Of a stretch of DNA of 64,000 nucleotides, positions 21,460 through 31,172 are shown one piece after another; the first letter of the stretch is position 1; each line of letters opens with the position of its first letter. Position numbers and translations under genes: made by a program. This DNA is from a virus. The notes under the pieces are model-generated. The model did no database searches, was not told the DNA's origin, and worked only from the letters and a program-made list of their open reading frames with translations. The DNA lies in the IMG/VR virus record IMGVR_UViG_3300008450_000005, positions 52,158 to 116,157 of that record, one strand, 5' to 3'.

Positions 21460-21902
21460 TGACCGAAATAAAAGAGGATTTTTCTAAAATTTTTGATGAT
21501 GAAAGAGCTGAGTGGACTGAGAAGATCAAAGTCTATGCTCTTCACCTGAAAGATATAAGGACCGTAGCGACAGCCCAGGTTGATCTGTTCGGAGCCCGCC
21601 AAATACTGCTGGAGTATTCGTACAAATTGGCTAAAATATATTCCAGGCTGAATACCAAATACAAAACTGACAAAGCAAGAAAACTCCGTGAGATCAGCGA
21701 GAATGCGGATTATAAATACGGGAGTAATGAAAAAACAATGATCCTCGACGGCTTACTCAGCGAGATAGTTTCCAAGATGGAACTAGTTGATGGTCATAGA
21801 AAATTTATAGATCAAACAGTACAAACTGTTGATCACATGCTATACGGCATACGTCAAAGAATCGCTCTGGAGGAATACCTCCGCGGCAGCACAGTAAAGT
21901 AA
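21459..21902 (+). CDS. UvsY-like recombination mediator
   Basis: All-helical 147-aa protein directly upstream of UvsW, matching T4-like synteny. Confidence 0.55.
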   Translation: MTEIKEDFSKIFDDERAEWTEKIKVYALHLKDIRTVATAQVDLFGARQILLEYSYKLAKIYSRLNTKYKTDKARKLREISENADYKYGSNEKTMILDGLLSEIVSKMELVDGHRKFIDQTVQTVDHMLYGIRQRIALEEYLRGSTVK

Positions 21903-21906
21903 TTTT

Positions 21907-23430
21907 ATGCTGAAATTCGTAGTAACAGATGATAGAAAATGGTTGCAGCTCGTTCACTTCGACGAAGAAGTGGAGAGGAAGCAGATTGAGCTTTCTTTAA
22001 CTAAAAAAATACACAATCACTTTTTTCATCCCCTTGTGAAGAAAAAATTGTGGGACGGGGCTATTTGCTTCGTCGATAAGAAGGGACCGCAGTGGCGTGT
22101 TCCGATTGGTCTATGGAGGGAGATCCTACAGATTGCAGAAGACTATTCTTTAACTATTGAGGTTGAAGGTAAAAGCAGAATATTTCACAACGAATTGACC
22201 CTGGAGCATTTTACGAATTGGGTAAACAAATTTTTTGAGGACTCCACTTATAAGCCTAGAGACTATCAAATAGATTCCGCATGGAGAATATTGAAATATA
22301 GGTATTCGGTCAGCGAGATCGCTACCTCCTCTGGAAAGACATTGATCTCTTTTCTTGTTCTGGCTTATCTAAAGTCGAACAATCTGATCAGAAAATTCCT
22401 GATGATCGTACCTAATACAAACCTCGTAATCCAAGGAACAGAGGATTTCGTAGATTTCGGTTTACATAAATTGGGATGCAAAATCCAGCAAATAGGTGGT
22501 GGAGCAAAGCAGCGTGGTGACTGCGATATTATCATAGGAACATATCAATCACTTGTTAAATTTGATGAGGAATTTTTCACCGAGATTGATGCGGTTTTTG
22601 TCGATGAGGCACACGGTACATCATCAATGTCGATCAAGAAGATAATATCAAAATGCTTGGACTCCGGATGGCGTTTCGGATTAACCGGTACCCTAACTAA
22701 AAGAGGATCTGCTGAATACCTAACTATCCAGCAATTTCTGGGTCCATTGGTTATGGAGATTACACCTAAATTTCTTTTCGATAACAATTATGCAACTCCG
22801 GTTTCGGTGAAAGTTGTGATTATGGACTGGCTAGATGACGAGATCAAAAATAAATTAGCCGATCTAAAATTAAACTCGAATAACATTGAGGGAAATGAAG
22901 TTTACAATCTCGAACGAAAACTGGTGATCGAATCTAAGAAAAGACTTGATTTCATTGTTGATTTTATAATTAAGGCCAACAAGAATTCGTTGGTTCTTTT
23001 CCAGTCGGTTATGAATGAATACGGTAAGCAGATATTTCACAAGATAAGAGAATCTAGCCAAGGCAAGGAAGTATTCTATGTGGATGGAGATACGGAGGAG
23101 AAAATACGGGAAGAATATAAATCAAGGATGGAGAAAGGCGACAACAAGATACTGATTGCCACCTATGGTACTTTTTCAACTGGTATTTCGATTAAAAACA
23201 TCCATAACATCTTTCTGGTAGAATCATACAAGAGCGAAGTGCTAATTAAGCAGTCTTTGGGAAGAGGTATGCGTCAGATGGAAGGCAAGGAGAAAGTTAA
23301 TGTAATCGATTTCGTTGATGATTTCTCTAGCGGCAAGTATGAGAATTATCTGATGAGACATTCCAAGGCAAGGATAGACATTTACAAGAGGGAAAGATTT
23401 GAATACAAGATATTCAATGTGAAATTGTAA
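21907..23430 (+). CDS. uvsW: UvsW-like SF2 DNA helicase
   Basis: WDG, PRDYQ, ATSSGKT, VDEAH, GLTGT, TFSTGISIKNIHN, QSLGRGMR. Confidence 0.88.
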   Translation: MLKFVVTDDRKWLQLVHFDEEVERKQIELSLTKKIHNHFFHPLVKKKLWDGAICFVDKKGPQWRVPIGLWREILQIAEDYSLTIEVEGKSRIFHNELTLEHFTNWVNKFFEDSTYKPRDYQIDSAWRILKYRYSVSEIATSSGKTLISFLVLAYLKSNNLIRKFLMIVPNTNLVIQGTEDFVDFGLHKLGCKIQQIGGGAKQRGDCDIIIGTYQSLVKFDEEFFTEIDAVFVDEAHGTSSMSIKKIISKCLDSGWRFGLTGTLTKRGSAEYLTIQQFLGPLVMEITPKFLFDNNYATPVSVKVVIMDWLDDEIKNKLADLKLNSNNIEGNEVYNLERKLVIESKKRLDFIVDFIIKANKNSLVLFQSVMNEYGKQIFHKIRESSQGKEVFYVDGDTEEKIREEYKSRMEKGDNKILIATYGTFSTGISIKNIHNIFLVESYKSEVLIKQSLGRGMRQMEGKEKVNVIDFVDDFSSGKYENYLMRHSKARIDIYKRERFEYKIFNVKL

Positions 23431-23481
23431 AATCCGATATATAAGTCTACCCAGATTATAAAAATCTTGAAGACTCATACA

Positions 23482-23937
23482 ATGGAAAATCAATCACTAG
23501 CACATATTAATCCTCAGGAGATGATTTTTGGAAGCATTGTATTTTTCAGTGGAGAAGTTCCTTCGAAAATCCTAAATGGCGAAGAAGGGGTTATCTTCCT
23601 CACCAAAGAAGAGGAGATCGGTGAATTCATCAGGAATGACAAGTCTTGGGAAATGTGGATCGGCGGTGAGCTTCAGTATAAACTTGAACCAGCGATCTAT
23701 GATTTTATTACCAGAGAGATTAAAATCTCTTCTTTATCTGATTCTAAGCAAACAATAAAGGAACTTCTTTTGAATCCAAATATACAATATAAATCTAAAA
23801 TATTTCTTTCCATAATTTACGATCAACTCCTCAGAATGATAATATTTGGTAACAATAACGGGATTCATAAAATGGATACTCTTCCATTTGCTATAGCTAA
23901 AACTAAATGTGGGATTTTCATATCTTGCTTAAATTAA
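23482..23937 (+). CDS. Hypothetical protein
   Basis: ORF downstream of GATATATA; ATG start chosen at MENQ. Confidence 0.5.
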   Translation: MENQSLAHINPQEMIFGSIVFFSGEVPSKILNGEEGVIFLTKEEEIGEFIRNDKSWEMWIGGELQYKLEPAIYDFITREIKISSLSDSKQTIKELLLNPNIQYKSKIFLSIIYDQLLRMIIFGNNNGIHKMDTLPFAIAKTKCGIFISCLN

Positions 23938-23938
23938 T

Positions 23939-25834
23939 ATGTCTGGGATAAATCACTTATACGATATCTACAAAAAGAAAGGTGAGGATTTCCTCAAGGA
24001 ATTATTCAACTCTGAAGTTACCATCAACGAAAAGATGGATGGATCATGCTTCAGCTTTGAAAAAACACCATCCGGAAAATTCCTATTTTTCAAAAGAGAC
24101 CAAAGCAGCCCTATAACTCTGGTTGATCGTACTTTAATGAAGTACTACGAGAAACCGATTCGCTATGTCGAATCTCTTCCACCTTATGTGATTTCTAAAA
24201 TCCCAGTTGGCTGGAGATTTGGTACCGAGTATTTCTCATCATCCAAACCGCAGGAGATTGAATATGACGAGCTTCCTAAGAATAATCTAATTCTTTCTTA
24301 CATTCATAAGAGAGATCAGAATGGGAATATCGTTGAGACCATCCACGACAAGGAAAAACTCGATCTTTGGGCTGAGGTCTTAGGTATATCTAAACCTCCG
24401 ATTGTTTTCCAAGGTAAATTGAGCGAGGATCAAAAACAATCCATTTTGGAATTTGTTAATACCCCTCTTTCCGATCTCGTTGAAGAATTTCAAACCAAAA
24501 GTTTCGTGAGATTCATTCTTTCGATCCTCAATCCGGAAATGGAGAAAAGCACACTTAACAGCGATTTGGATAAACCCATAGAAGGATTGGTTTTTAGATT
24601 CGGAAACGAGGAAAAAGATCCGGTAGTAGCCAAAATGGTAGATCCTGTTTTTTCAGAAATTGCCCGGTCAAAAGAACCCATCGGTGGACACAAGAAATCA
24701 AATGATATCCTGGCTATAGTGGTTTTGGATGTGATGAATTTTATACTCAGTAAAGGATTAAAATCATTTTCCATTGAAGGTGAAACCGACGACGAAAGAT
24801 ACGTTAGCTTCATCTCTGATGTTTTTGTGAAATTCATGAATGAGTATTCCGATCGCTACCAAGGTATGGATCTCAATGAGCCAGAGCATCTGAAAAAAGA
24901 GGAATTCGGACTTAATTCAGAAATGCTAAAATCCAGAGCAGCAAGAAAATGGGTTCAGGAAGACGATTCTTTTGAAAGCCTATTCAAGCTGATCTTAAAT
25001 TCTTTCCGCAAAATCAGAAAGAAGCCCGGCAGCATTGTTACACCAGACATGCTGGGTCAATTCAACATTTTGGTTAAGGATATTGAAAAATACGTAAGAA
25101 CTCCTGAAAAAGCTATCACCGAATCTGAAATAGAGTTCACAGATTTCTTGAGCTTCAGACAGAAGTATATTAATGAGAAAGTAGATTACCTGACAGAGGA
25201 AGACGATGAAAATTCTACTTCCGATAAATTTATCGATGCGATAGAAAGTCAGGATAAAGAGAAGACCAAAATTTTACCGATGAAGAAGCCTTCATCCGAG
25301 AATGAGGTGAATCTTATCATCGGGAAATTCCAGCCGTTCGATAATTTAGATCTGAAGATAATCGATCATCTCTACGAACAAAATGGGTTGAAAACAATTA
25401 TCTGTATCGTTCATCCTGGATTTGACCACGAAGGCGAATTCCCTATTTCATACCCAACGATTAAGGATTCTATAGATTCTCTAGCATCATCAAATGATAA
25501 GATTCAGGGCGTAATTAGGACTAAGAAGCATCTTTTGACTAATGCACTAGAAGATTGCTATGAAAAAAATCTGCATCCTAAGTTGATTGGAACAGAGACG
25601 AAAAATCTAGAAGATTTCAAGAAGCAGTTGGAATACTTCAATAAATTATATTCTTTCCCTGACGGTGTAGAAAAACCAGAGATCGCAGACCTCAAATTAC
25701 CAACGAGGGACGAAAGCATTTTGAAACTGATTAAAGAGGGTAACTATACACTATTTAAGAAGCTGGTTCCAAAAGCTATCCATGTTAATTTCTTCGAAAA
25801 GTTCAAGCAAGAGCTTGATTCGAAAGAAAGTTAA
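23939..25834 (+). CDS. ATP-dependent RNA-ligase-like domain fused to a degenerate cytidylyltransferase-like domain
   Basis: Ligase motifs EKMDGS (I), TEYF (III), IEGLVF (IV), AKMV (V); C-terminal VNLIIGKFQPFDNLD (HxGH-type fold with the histidines lost). Confidence 0.6.
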   Translation: MSGINHLYDIYKKKGEDFLKELFNSEVTINEKMDGSCFSFEKTPSGKFLFFKRDQSSPITLVDRTLMKYYEKPIRYVESLPPYVISKIPVGWRFGTEYFSSSKPQEIEYDELPKNNLILSYIHKRDQNGNIVETIHDKEKLDLWAEVLGISKPPIVFQGKLSEDQKQSILEFVNTPLSDLVEEFQTKSFVRFILSILNPEMEKSTLNSDLDKPIEGLVFRFGNEEKDPVVAKMVDPVFSEIARSKEPIGGHKKSNDILAIVVLDVMNFILSKGLKSFSIEGETDDERYVSFISDVFVKFMNEYSDRYQGMDLNEPEHLKKEEFGLNSEMLKSRAARKWVQEDDSFESLFKLILNSFRKIRKKPGSIVTPDMLGQFNILVKDIEKYVRTPEKAITESEIEFTDFLSFRQKYINEKVDYLTEEDDENSTSDKFIDAIESQDKEKTKILPMKKPSSENEVNLIIGKFQPFDNLDLKIIDHLYEQNGLKTIICIVHPGFDHEGEFPISYPTIKDSIDSLASSNDKIQGVIRTKKHLLTNALEDCYEKNLHPKLIGTETKNLEDFKKQLEYFNKLYSFPDGVEKPEIADLKLPTRDESILKLIKEGNYTLFKKLVPKAIHVNFFEKFKQELDSKES

Positions 25835-25916
25835 CTCATTGAAAATGAAATTTTTCTAAGTTTTTTACTAAGAATAGTAACCGATTTAACGATCGGATAA
25901 ATATCTTATTCAATTT

Positions 25917-27419
25917 ATGGCAAAAGTTATTCTACCAGCTCTGGTTGGAAAGTACTCCGATGAAATTTTAGATCTGAACGAAAAAGGTTACTCCTCATCA
26001 CAGATTGCTAAAATCTTAGTTTCCGAATTCGATATAGATTTAGGAAATTATCAAATTGACTCGCTCCGAAGAGCTATTAGTTCGTATGTTAAATCAATCG
26101 AGGATGGCAAATTCGTAGAAGCACTAATCGATGAAACACTTGAGAGCGAATTAGATCCTGATGATTTGGACGAAAAATATTCTCCTTCATACCAGCATCA
26201 CAGTTCTTACTACTACGACGATGCAAAAGATCTCTACATAGTTTACATTAAATCGAAGCCTTACAAATTCACAGGAACGATAATCCGTGATATGAAGTCT
26301 AGATACTCAAACATGGACGGTTCTCCGGAATCAATCAACCAGATTTGTAGGAACTTCGAAATACCCAGAAACATCTTTACCCAACTGAAAACCATCCTTG
26401 GATGGAGCCATGATTCAGAACCTTTCACTGACGAGGAAATGATGAATCGTGACGAGGAGGAAATGGTGAGAGATGCCTTGCAAAAGAGAAAGTTTTCTTT
26501 CTTCCAGAAATACACTAGGAAGGAAGAGAAGATGATCCGGGACGCTGCTAACAATTGGTGGGCTTTCAAGGGATTAACTCTAAACCCTTTGATCGAGAAG
26601 CTGGAGGAAACCCTGGCAAGTCCTATCGTTCCGAAACTCCAATTGCCTCCGGGCGAAAAACATGCTGTAGTCATCAGTCCTTTCGACCTACACTACGGCA
26701 AGTATGCTTGGGGAGGTGAAGTCATGGAGGAATACAATCGTCAAATTGCGCGTGATCTCCTCATCTCAAAAACTAACGAGTTAATTAGCGACATCGTGAA
26801 ATATGATGTTGATAAAGTGATCATTCCAGTAGGGTCCGATTTTTTTCATATCGATACACTTTCGGGCACCACAACAAAAGGAACACCACAGGACTGCGAC
26901 GGAACATTTATCCAAATCATGGTCGAAGGACAAAAATTGATGATAGAGTTCATTGAGATGATGAGAAAAATTGCTGACGTTGAGATCATTCTCACCGCAG
27001 GAAATCACGATTTCACATTATCACACGTTCTGCTCGAGCATTTAGCCGCTTATTACAGACAGTGCACCGATGTAACTGTTACCAAGTGTCATAGATTCAG
27101 ACAATACTTCAACTACGGAAACACCTTGATGGGATTCACGCACGGGGATTCTACGAAATTAACCGATCTTCCATATAGAATGGCAGCGGAAGCACCAGAA
27201 CTTTGGTCCAAAGCCAAATACAAAGCGTTCTTCACAGGTCATTTACATCACGAGATGGTTAAAGATATCAACGGTGTTAAAGTGTTCCAGATGCCAAGTT
27301 TATCAGGATCTGATAGATGGCACCACAATAATGGATACGAAGGATCAACAAGATCTTTACATGCTTATGTCGTCCACAAGGAAAAAGGAATTAGATCTAC
27401 CCTGATGGCAAATGTCTAG
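25917..27419 (+). CDS. Calcineurin-like metallophosphoesterase with N-terminal HTH-like region
   Basis: DLHYG, GSDFFH, GNHD, THGD, GHLHH; N-terminal GYSSSQIAKIL. Confidence 0.8.
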   Translation: MAKVILPALVGKYSDEILDLNEKGYSSSQIAKILVSEFDIDLGNYQIDSLRRAISSYVKSIEDGKFVEALIDETLESELDPDDLDEKYSPSYQHHSSYYYDDAKDLYIVYIKSKPYKFTGTIIRDMKSRYSNMDGSPESINQICRNFEIPRNIFTQLKTILGWSHDSEPFTDEEMMNRDEEEMVRDALQKRKFSFFQKYTRKEEKMIRDAANNWWAFKGLTLNPLIEKLEETLASPIVPKLQLPPGEKHAVVISPFDLHYGKYAWGGEVMEEYNRQIARDLLISKTNELISDIVKYDVDKVIIPVGSDFFHIDTLSGTTTKGTPQDCDGTFIQIMVEGQKLMIEFIEMMRKIADVEIILTAGNHDFTLSHVLLEHLAAYYRQCTDVTVTKCHRFRQYFNYGNTLMGFTHGDSTKLTDLPYRMAAEAPELWSKAKYKAFFTGHLHHEMVKDINGVKVFQMPSLSGSDRWHHNNGYEGSTRSLHAYVVHKEKGIRSTLMANV

Positions 27420-27446
27420 ATCGATGATATATAGAGAATACGTTTT

Positions 27447-27989
27447 ATGACAAAGCACATTCTTTCTTACGATTCTTTCCTCACCAACGGGGTGAATGAG
27501 TCCGATGGGTTCGGAACTCTCCCATTTTTGGAGAAAAGAACCGGCAACATCTACAACTACTTTTTCAAGGTTGAAGATGAGGATCAGAGCGAGAATTGCT
27601 TCTTCCTGTCATTGGGTAAATACTCGGAATTCCAAGACACACCCGGTCCTAAAAACTCTTATACTGTTATGAGATTGAACAAGATCTCTGAGCAATTATT
27701 AGAGGACCTAGCAATAGATAAAGCCGATGTGCCTCTATTGAATAAGGAGAAATTTGTGGTTAAAGGAATGATGGCTACGAGATTATTGGAAACTTGCGCA
27801 CAAGCTTTGCTCGATTACCTCCAGAATAATCCTCAGGTTATCAGAATTTTCGATGAAATGCAGGTCAATGCTGATTTCCCAGATCGTGACTATATAGATG
27901 ACATGAAGGTAACCGCATCACAATTTCTTGGTGATGAGTGGTCAGTACAGCAGGGTCCAAACCCTGAAAGTTTGATAATCAGTCGTTGA
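27447..27989 (+). CDS. Hypothetical protein with capsid-targeting-like leader
   Basis: MTKHILSYDSFLTNGVNE; GATATATA upstream. Confidence 0.55.
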   Translation: MTKHILSYDSFLTNGVNESDGFGTLPFLEKRTGNIYNYFFKVEDEDQSENCFFLSLGKYSEFQDTPGPKNSYTVMRLNKISEQLLEDLAIDKADVPLLNKEKFVVKGMMATRLLETCAQALLDYLQNNPQVIRIFDEMQVNADFPDRDYIDDMKVTASQFLGDEWSVQQGPNPESLIISR

Positions 27990-28043
27990 TTTTTGAAACT
28001 TTTCGGTTATTTTTGCTAAAGTAATCAAATAAATTACAAACAG

Positions 28044-28223
28044 ATGGAGAAATTCAATCAATTAAAAGCGTTGTTGGAATCTGCAGAGCAGGATGCTATC
28101 AAGTTCTACGACAAGGGTAACAGCAGCGCAGGCACACGTCTTCGCACTTCTTTGCAACAGATCAAAAAGCTTTCGCAGGATCTGCGTTTGGAAGTACAAG
28201 AAATTAAGAACAAAGTAGCTTAG
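28044..28223 (+). CDS. Histone H1-like (Hc1 family) small protein; not in the ORF track
   Basis: Translated by hand: MEKFNQLKALLESAEQDAIKFYDKGNSSAGTRLRTSLQQIKKLSQDLRLEVQEIKNKVA; KGNxxAGTRxR is the Hc1 signature. Confidence 0.8.
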   Translation: MEKFNQLKALLESAEQDAIKFYDKGNSSAGTRLRTSLQQIKKLSQDLRLEVQEIKNKVA

Positions 28224-28247
28224 GTTTAGTCACAAGTTCTTATTCTC

Positions 28248-28276
28248 AAAAAAAGCAGTCTTCGGACTGCTTTTTT
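28248..28276 (+). terminator. Rho-independent terminator
   Basis: AAAAAAAGCAGTC-TTCG-GACTGCTTTTTT. Confidence 0.85.
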
Positions 28277-28296
28277 GTTGTGGATATATAGCAAGT

Positions 28297-28503
28297 ATGG
28301 CTTATTACAACACAAAAGTAAACATTGACACAGGCGAGTTAAATCGCAAAGGAGAACCGGCTTACACCAAAGCTGAATTTTTAGTGGTAGCTGAATCTGT
28401 TCTAGAAGTAGAAACGAAAGTTGCCGAGCATTTTAGAGAAACAACGATGTCTTATGAGGTCGTGAATGTAGCAAAGAGTAAAATAGAAGCAGTACTAGAT
28501 TAA
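28297..28503 (+). CDS. DUF4494-like small protein
   Basis: YYNTKV...EFLVVAESVLEVETKV...YEVVNVAKSKIEAVL resembles the Bacteroidota DUF4494 pattern. Confidence 0.55.
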   Translation: MAYYNTKVNIDTGELNRKGEPAYTKAEFLVVAESVLEVETKVAEHFRETTMSYEVVNVAKSKIEAVLD

Positions 28504-28505
28504 TC

Positions 28506-29459
28506 ATGAGTGATAAATCTTATCTCCCACCACAGTCTCCAATCCTTATCCAGCCAGGAGATAAAGGATTTGAAACAGTTGGTAAAGCATACAACCGTAT
28601 GATCTGGACCTATGGAGATTGGGCAAAACGAAAGAAAAAGATCGTTAACCCTAATAAACTCTGGGACAAATACGGTAAGAAAATGACCAAAAAGGAGATG
28701 GATGCTGTTCTTAAGAATGCTTACCTCGAATCGGCTAATCCCGATGGAATCAATGAATCATCAGAAAACAAAAATTACACTAACAACATGTATCAAATGA
28801 ATGAAAAGTCCGTTTCATCAGCTCAGCAAAGATTGATGGGACAAGCTTGGGCTTTAAGAACAGGAGAAATTGATGCTGAAGACATCAATCCAATCTATCG
28901 CGATGCTATTGAAAAGATTGCATTCGGAGATATGACCGATAAAGAACTGAAGAAATTCGCTCAGACCAAGACTAAAGCTCTCCCACATCACGTGAGAGAT
29001 AATGGGCCTCAGCCCGGTCCTGCTGGTGTTGAAGAAACAGCATCACCTAAGCAGATTCCTTCTAATTACATTGGAGCAGTTCCAGGCGGATCCTCTGATC
29101 TACAAACAACACCTAATTTCAATTGGGACGCGGGGAAGGGAAAATCCTGGTGGGAAAACACCGGAAAAAAAGCTCCTTCGAGAATGAAGTTTATCAAAGA
29201 GTTTGATAATTTTTTAAATACCCACGGGGTCAACGAAATGCGCATGTCAGAAAGAGATAAGGTTGATGCTTTAATTGACCACTTAAAAGAAGTTCTTGAT
29301 CCATTCAGCTTCAGAGTAGCTTATGATAAAATGTTAGGATTGGTTATTGATCTAATGATCCCCGATTACGAAACGTTTTTCAATCGCTTCAAAAGCGTAC
29401 TTACCCGCGACGTTATTGAAGGTATTCCTGGATCCCTTAAACCAAGCACTGCAAAATGA
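28506..29459 (+). CDS. Hypothetical head-associated protein (DUF3008-like SxAQQRLMG segment)
   Basis: EKSVSSAQQRLMGQA...KELKKFAQTK; several (I/M/V)NE sites and an internal MKFIKEFDNFL. Confidence 0.5.
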   Translation: MSDKSYLPPQSPILIQPGDKGFETVGKAYNRMIWTYGDWAKRKKKIVNPNKLWDKYGKKMTKKEMDAVLKNAYLESANPDGINESSENKNYTNNMYQMNEKSVSSAQQRLMGQAWALRTGEIDAEDINPIYRDAIEKIAFGDMTDKELKKFAQTKTKALPHHVRDNGPQPGPAGVEETASPKQIPSNYIGAVPGGSSDLQTTPNFNWDAGKGKSWWENTGKKAPSRMKFIKEFDNFLNTHGVNEMRMSERDKVDALIDHLKEVLDPFSFRVAYDKMLGLVIDLMIPDYETFFNRFKSVLTRDVIEGIPGSLKPSTAK

Positions 29460-29866
29460 GACATCTGAGGGTCTTCGAAAAATATAGCCCATTTAAAGAA
29501 TATAAGGCCGATAGTCGTCGTTCATTGGATCTTGAAAAAGTCCGTTCGATGCAGGAGTATCGGGACATTATTGATTTGGGATTCAAAGAAGACACCTCGT
29601 TTCAGCAAGAGTTGAATAACACCATCAAGTTTGTTCGTTCGAGACATAAACAGTCAGAGGACGGATTTGGTGAGGTGTTTTACACTATCCATCCATCTGG
29701 TTCTATTAGAAGATACAACCCGCCGAAAAGCGAGGAAACCCCTGCAGGTAGCGGAAATGTATTATTCAAATATCCAAAATTTAAGGACGAATCGGATTAT
29801 AGAAGAGCTTTTTTGTTCCTATGGCAATACCTTAGGCGCAAAGCAAACCTTGGCGATTTCAGATAA
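29456..29866 (+). CDS. Hypothetical protein with capsid-targeting-like leader
   Basis: MRHLRVFEKY start; ATGA overlap with the previous gene. Confidence 0.55.
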   Translation: MRHLRVFEKYSPFKEYKADSRRSLDLEKVRSMQEYRDIIDLGFKEDTSFQQELNNTIKFVRSRHKQSEDGFGEVFYTIHPSGSIRRYNPPKSEETPAGSGNVLFKYPKFKDESDYRRAFLFLWQYLRRKANLGDFR

Positions 29867-30093
29867 TGTGTAATTGTAATAGACGGGCACAGGAATATTC
29901 AAAAGCGGATCATGCAAAATACGCTGAGCCATTTCGCTTGGAAAAAAAGACCGTGATCGACTATAAAGGGAATGAGCTTTTGATACTAGAGGCAATTAGA
30001 GATTCATATCGAGACATCGTGGGATATATAGCAATAGATAAAGGCGGTCAAACAGTTAGGATCGCCCAGAACTTAATCACAAAAATTCTATAA
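29866..30093 (+). CDS. Hypothetical protein
   Basis: Coupled 75-aa ORF starting MCNC. Confidence 0.5.
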   Translation: MCNCNRRAQEYSKADHAKYAEPFRLEKKTVIDYKGNELLILEAIRDSYRDIVGYIAIDKGGQTVRIAQNLITKIL

Positions 30094-30094
30094 T

Positions 30095-30775
30095 ATGTTC
30101 TATCCAACAGGAAAAACAACAGGAGGAAGAATCATCGTTTGCAAATGCTGTAACGAAGATGAGATGGCCCCAATTAAATCAAATGATACAATAGCTCTTC
30201 ATGAGCTTAACAAATGGTTAGATGAGAACAACTACTGCATGGAAACATGGCAGGTCAAGGAGTATCTCAACGAGATGGGTATTGCTTCGGAAGAGGTTAA
30301 CGAGACCATGAATGAATATGAAGAGGAAGTAAGATTTAGATTCTTGAATAAGTCAGCTGAGGAGTCTTTCGAAGGCTCTGATCTGTATTCTATGGCTGAT
30401 CTTAATGAGGAAGGTGATTTCGTTGCAGACAAAAAGACTTTTAATGCTATCAGCACATACCTTCAGCAGGAAGGATATAATTCATCAGATTATGAGGTTT
30501 TAGTTGGAGAGGATTCTGCTTCTGCAGCAGCTCCTGGAGCGCCCGCTGCTGGATATGCAACAGTAGCAACAGTTCAAGGTATGGGAGACGTTGTTTCTCC
30601 TACTAATACAGGAACAAACGCATCTTTTTACGATCCCTCAGCAGTTGGATCAGGTGATAGATTAGATGCCAGAGGAATGTATAAATTGCCTAAGGGCAAA
30701 AAGGACAAGCCAAAAAAATATCTTGCAATAAAGAACTTTGATGATTTCATCGCTACAATGAAGAAAATGCAATAA
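30095..30775 (+). CDS. Acidic hypothetical protein
   Basis: 226 aa; repeated LNE/MNE sites; C-terminal IKNFDDFI. Confidence 0.55.
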   Translation: MFYPTGKTTGGRIIVCKCCNEDEMAPIKSNDTIALHELNKWLDENNYCMETWQVKEYLNEMGIASEEVNETMNEYEEEVRFRFLNKSAEESFEGSDLYSMADLNEEGDFVADKKTFNAISTYLQQEGYNSSDYEVLVGEDSASAAAPGAPAAGYATVATVQGMGDVVSPTNTGTNASFYDPSAVGSGDRLDARGMYKLPKGKKDKPKKYLAIKNFDDFIATMKKMQ

Positions 30776-30784
30776 TTTTCATTG

Positions 30785-31036
30785 ATGGCAGAATTCAGCA
30801 AACAGTACGACGAAGCTTTTGGCTTCGGCTTAAATGATTTCGATTACCAGGAAATCTTCAATACTTTAGAAAACAATCATTACCAATCCCAAATTTGTGA
30901 GGGGCTTGGAACTTATGCTGTTGCTAAATCAACAGAAGGTAAAATGCTTCTTGCAGTTGATTCTCAAGAAGACTCGGATATGTTTGAATGGGTTTCCCTA
31001 GAGGAAGCAATCTCCCGAGCAACCGATCATTCTTAA
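30785..31036 (+). CDS. Hypothetical protein
   Basis: MAEFSKQY...QICEGLG. Confidence 0.55.
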   Translation: MAEFSKQYDEAFGFGLNDFDYQEIFNTLENNHYQSQICEGLGTYAVAKSTEGKMLLAVDSQEDSDMFEWVSLEEAISRATDHS

Positions 31037-31044
31037 TTTAAGAA

Positions 31045-31144
31045 ATTTTGTCACCTCAAGATTTCAAAAATCTTGATTTCTAAGAGATTTTGTCACCTTT
31101 TTGGGACGAAATTTCTAATATTTCCTGGTGGCACAAATTTTTCA
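31045..31144 (+). promoter_or_regulatory. Putative dnaK regulatory region: direct repeats, inverted repeat and sigma54-like element
   Basis: ATTTTGTCACCT at 31045 and 31087; TCAAGATTT/AAATCTTGA inverted repeat between them; TGGCAC-N5-TTTCA at 31129-31144. Confidence 0.45.
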
Positions 31145-31172
31145 ATAAGCTTATTAAAAATTAGAAAAAATT

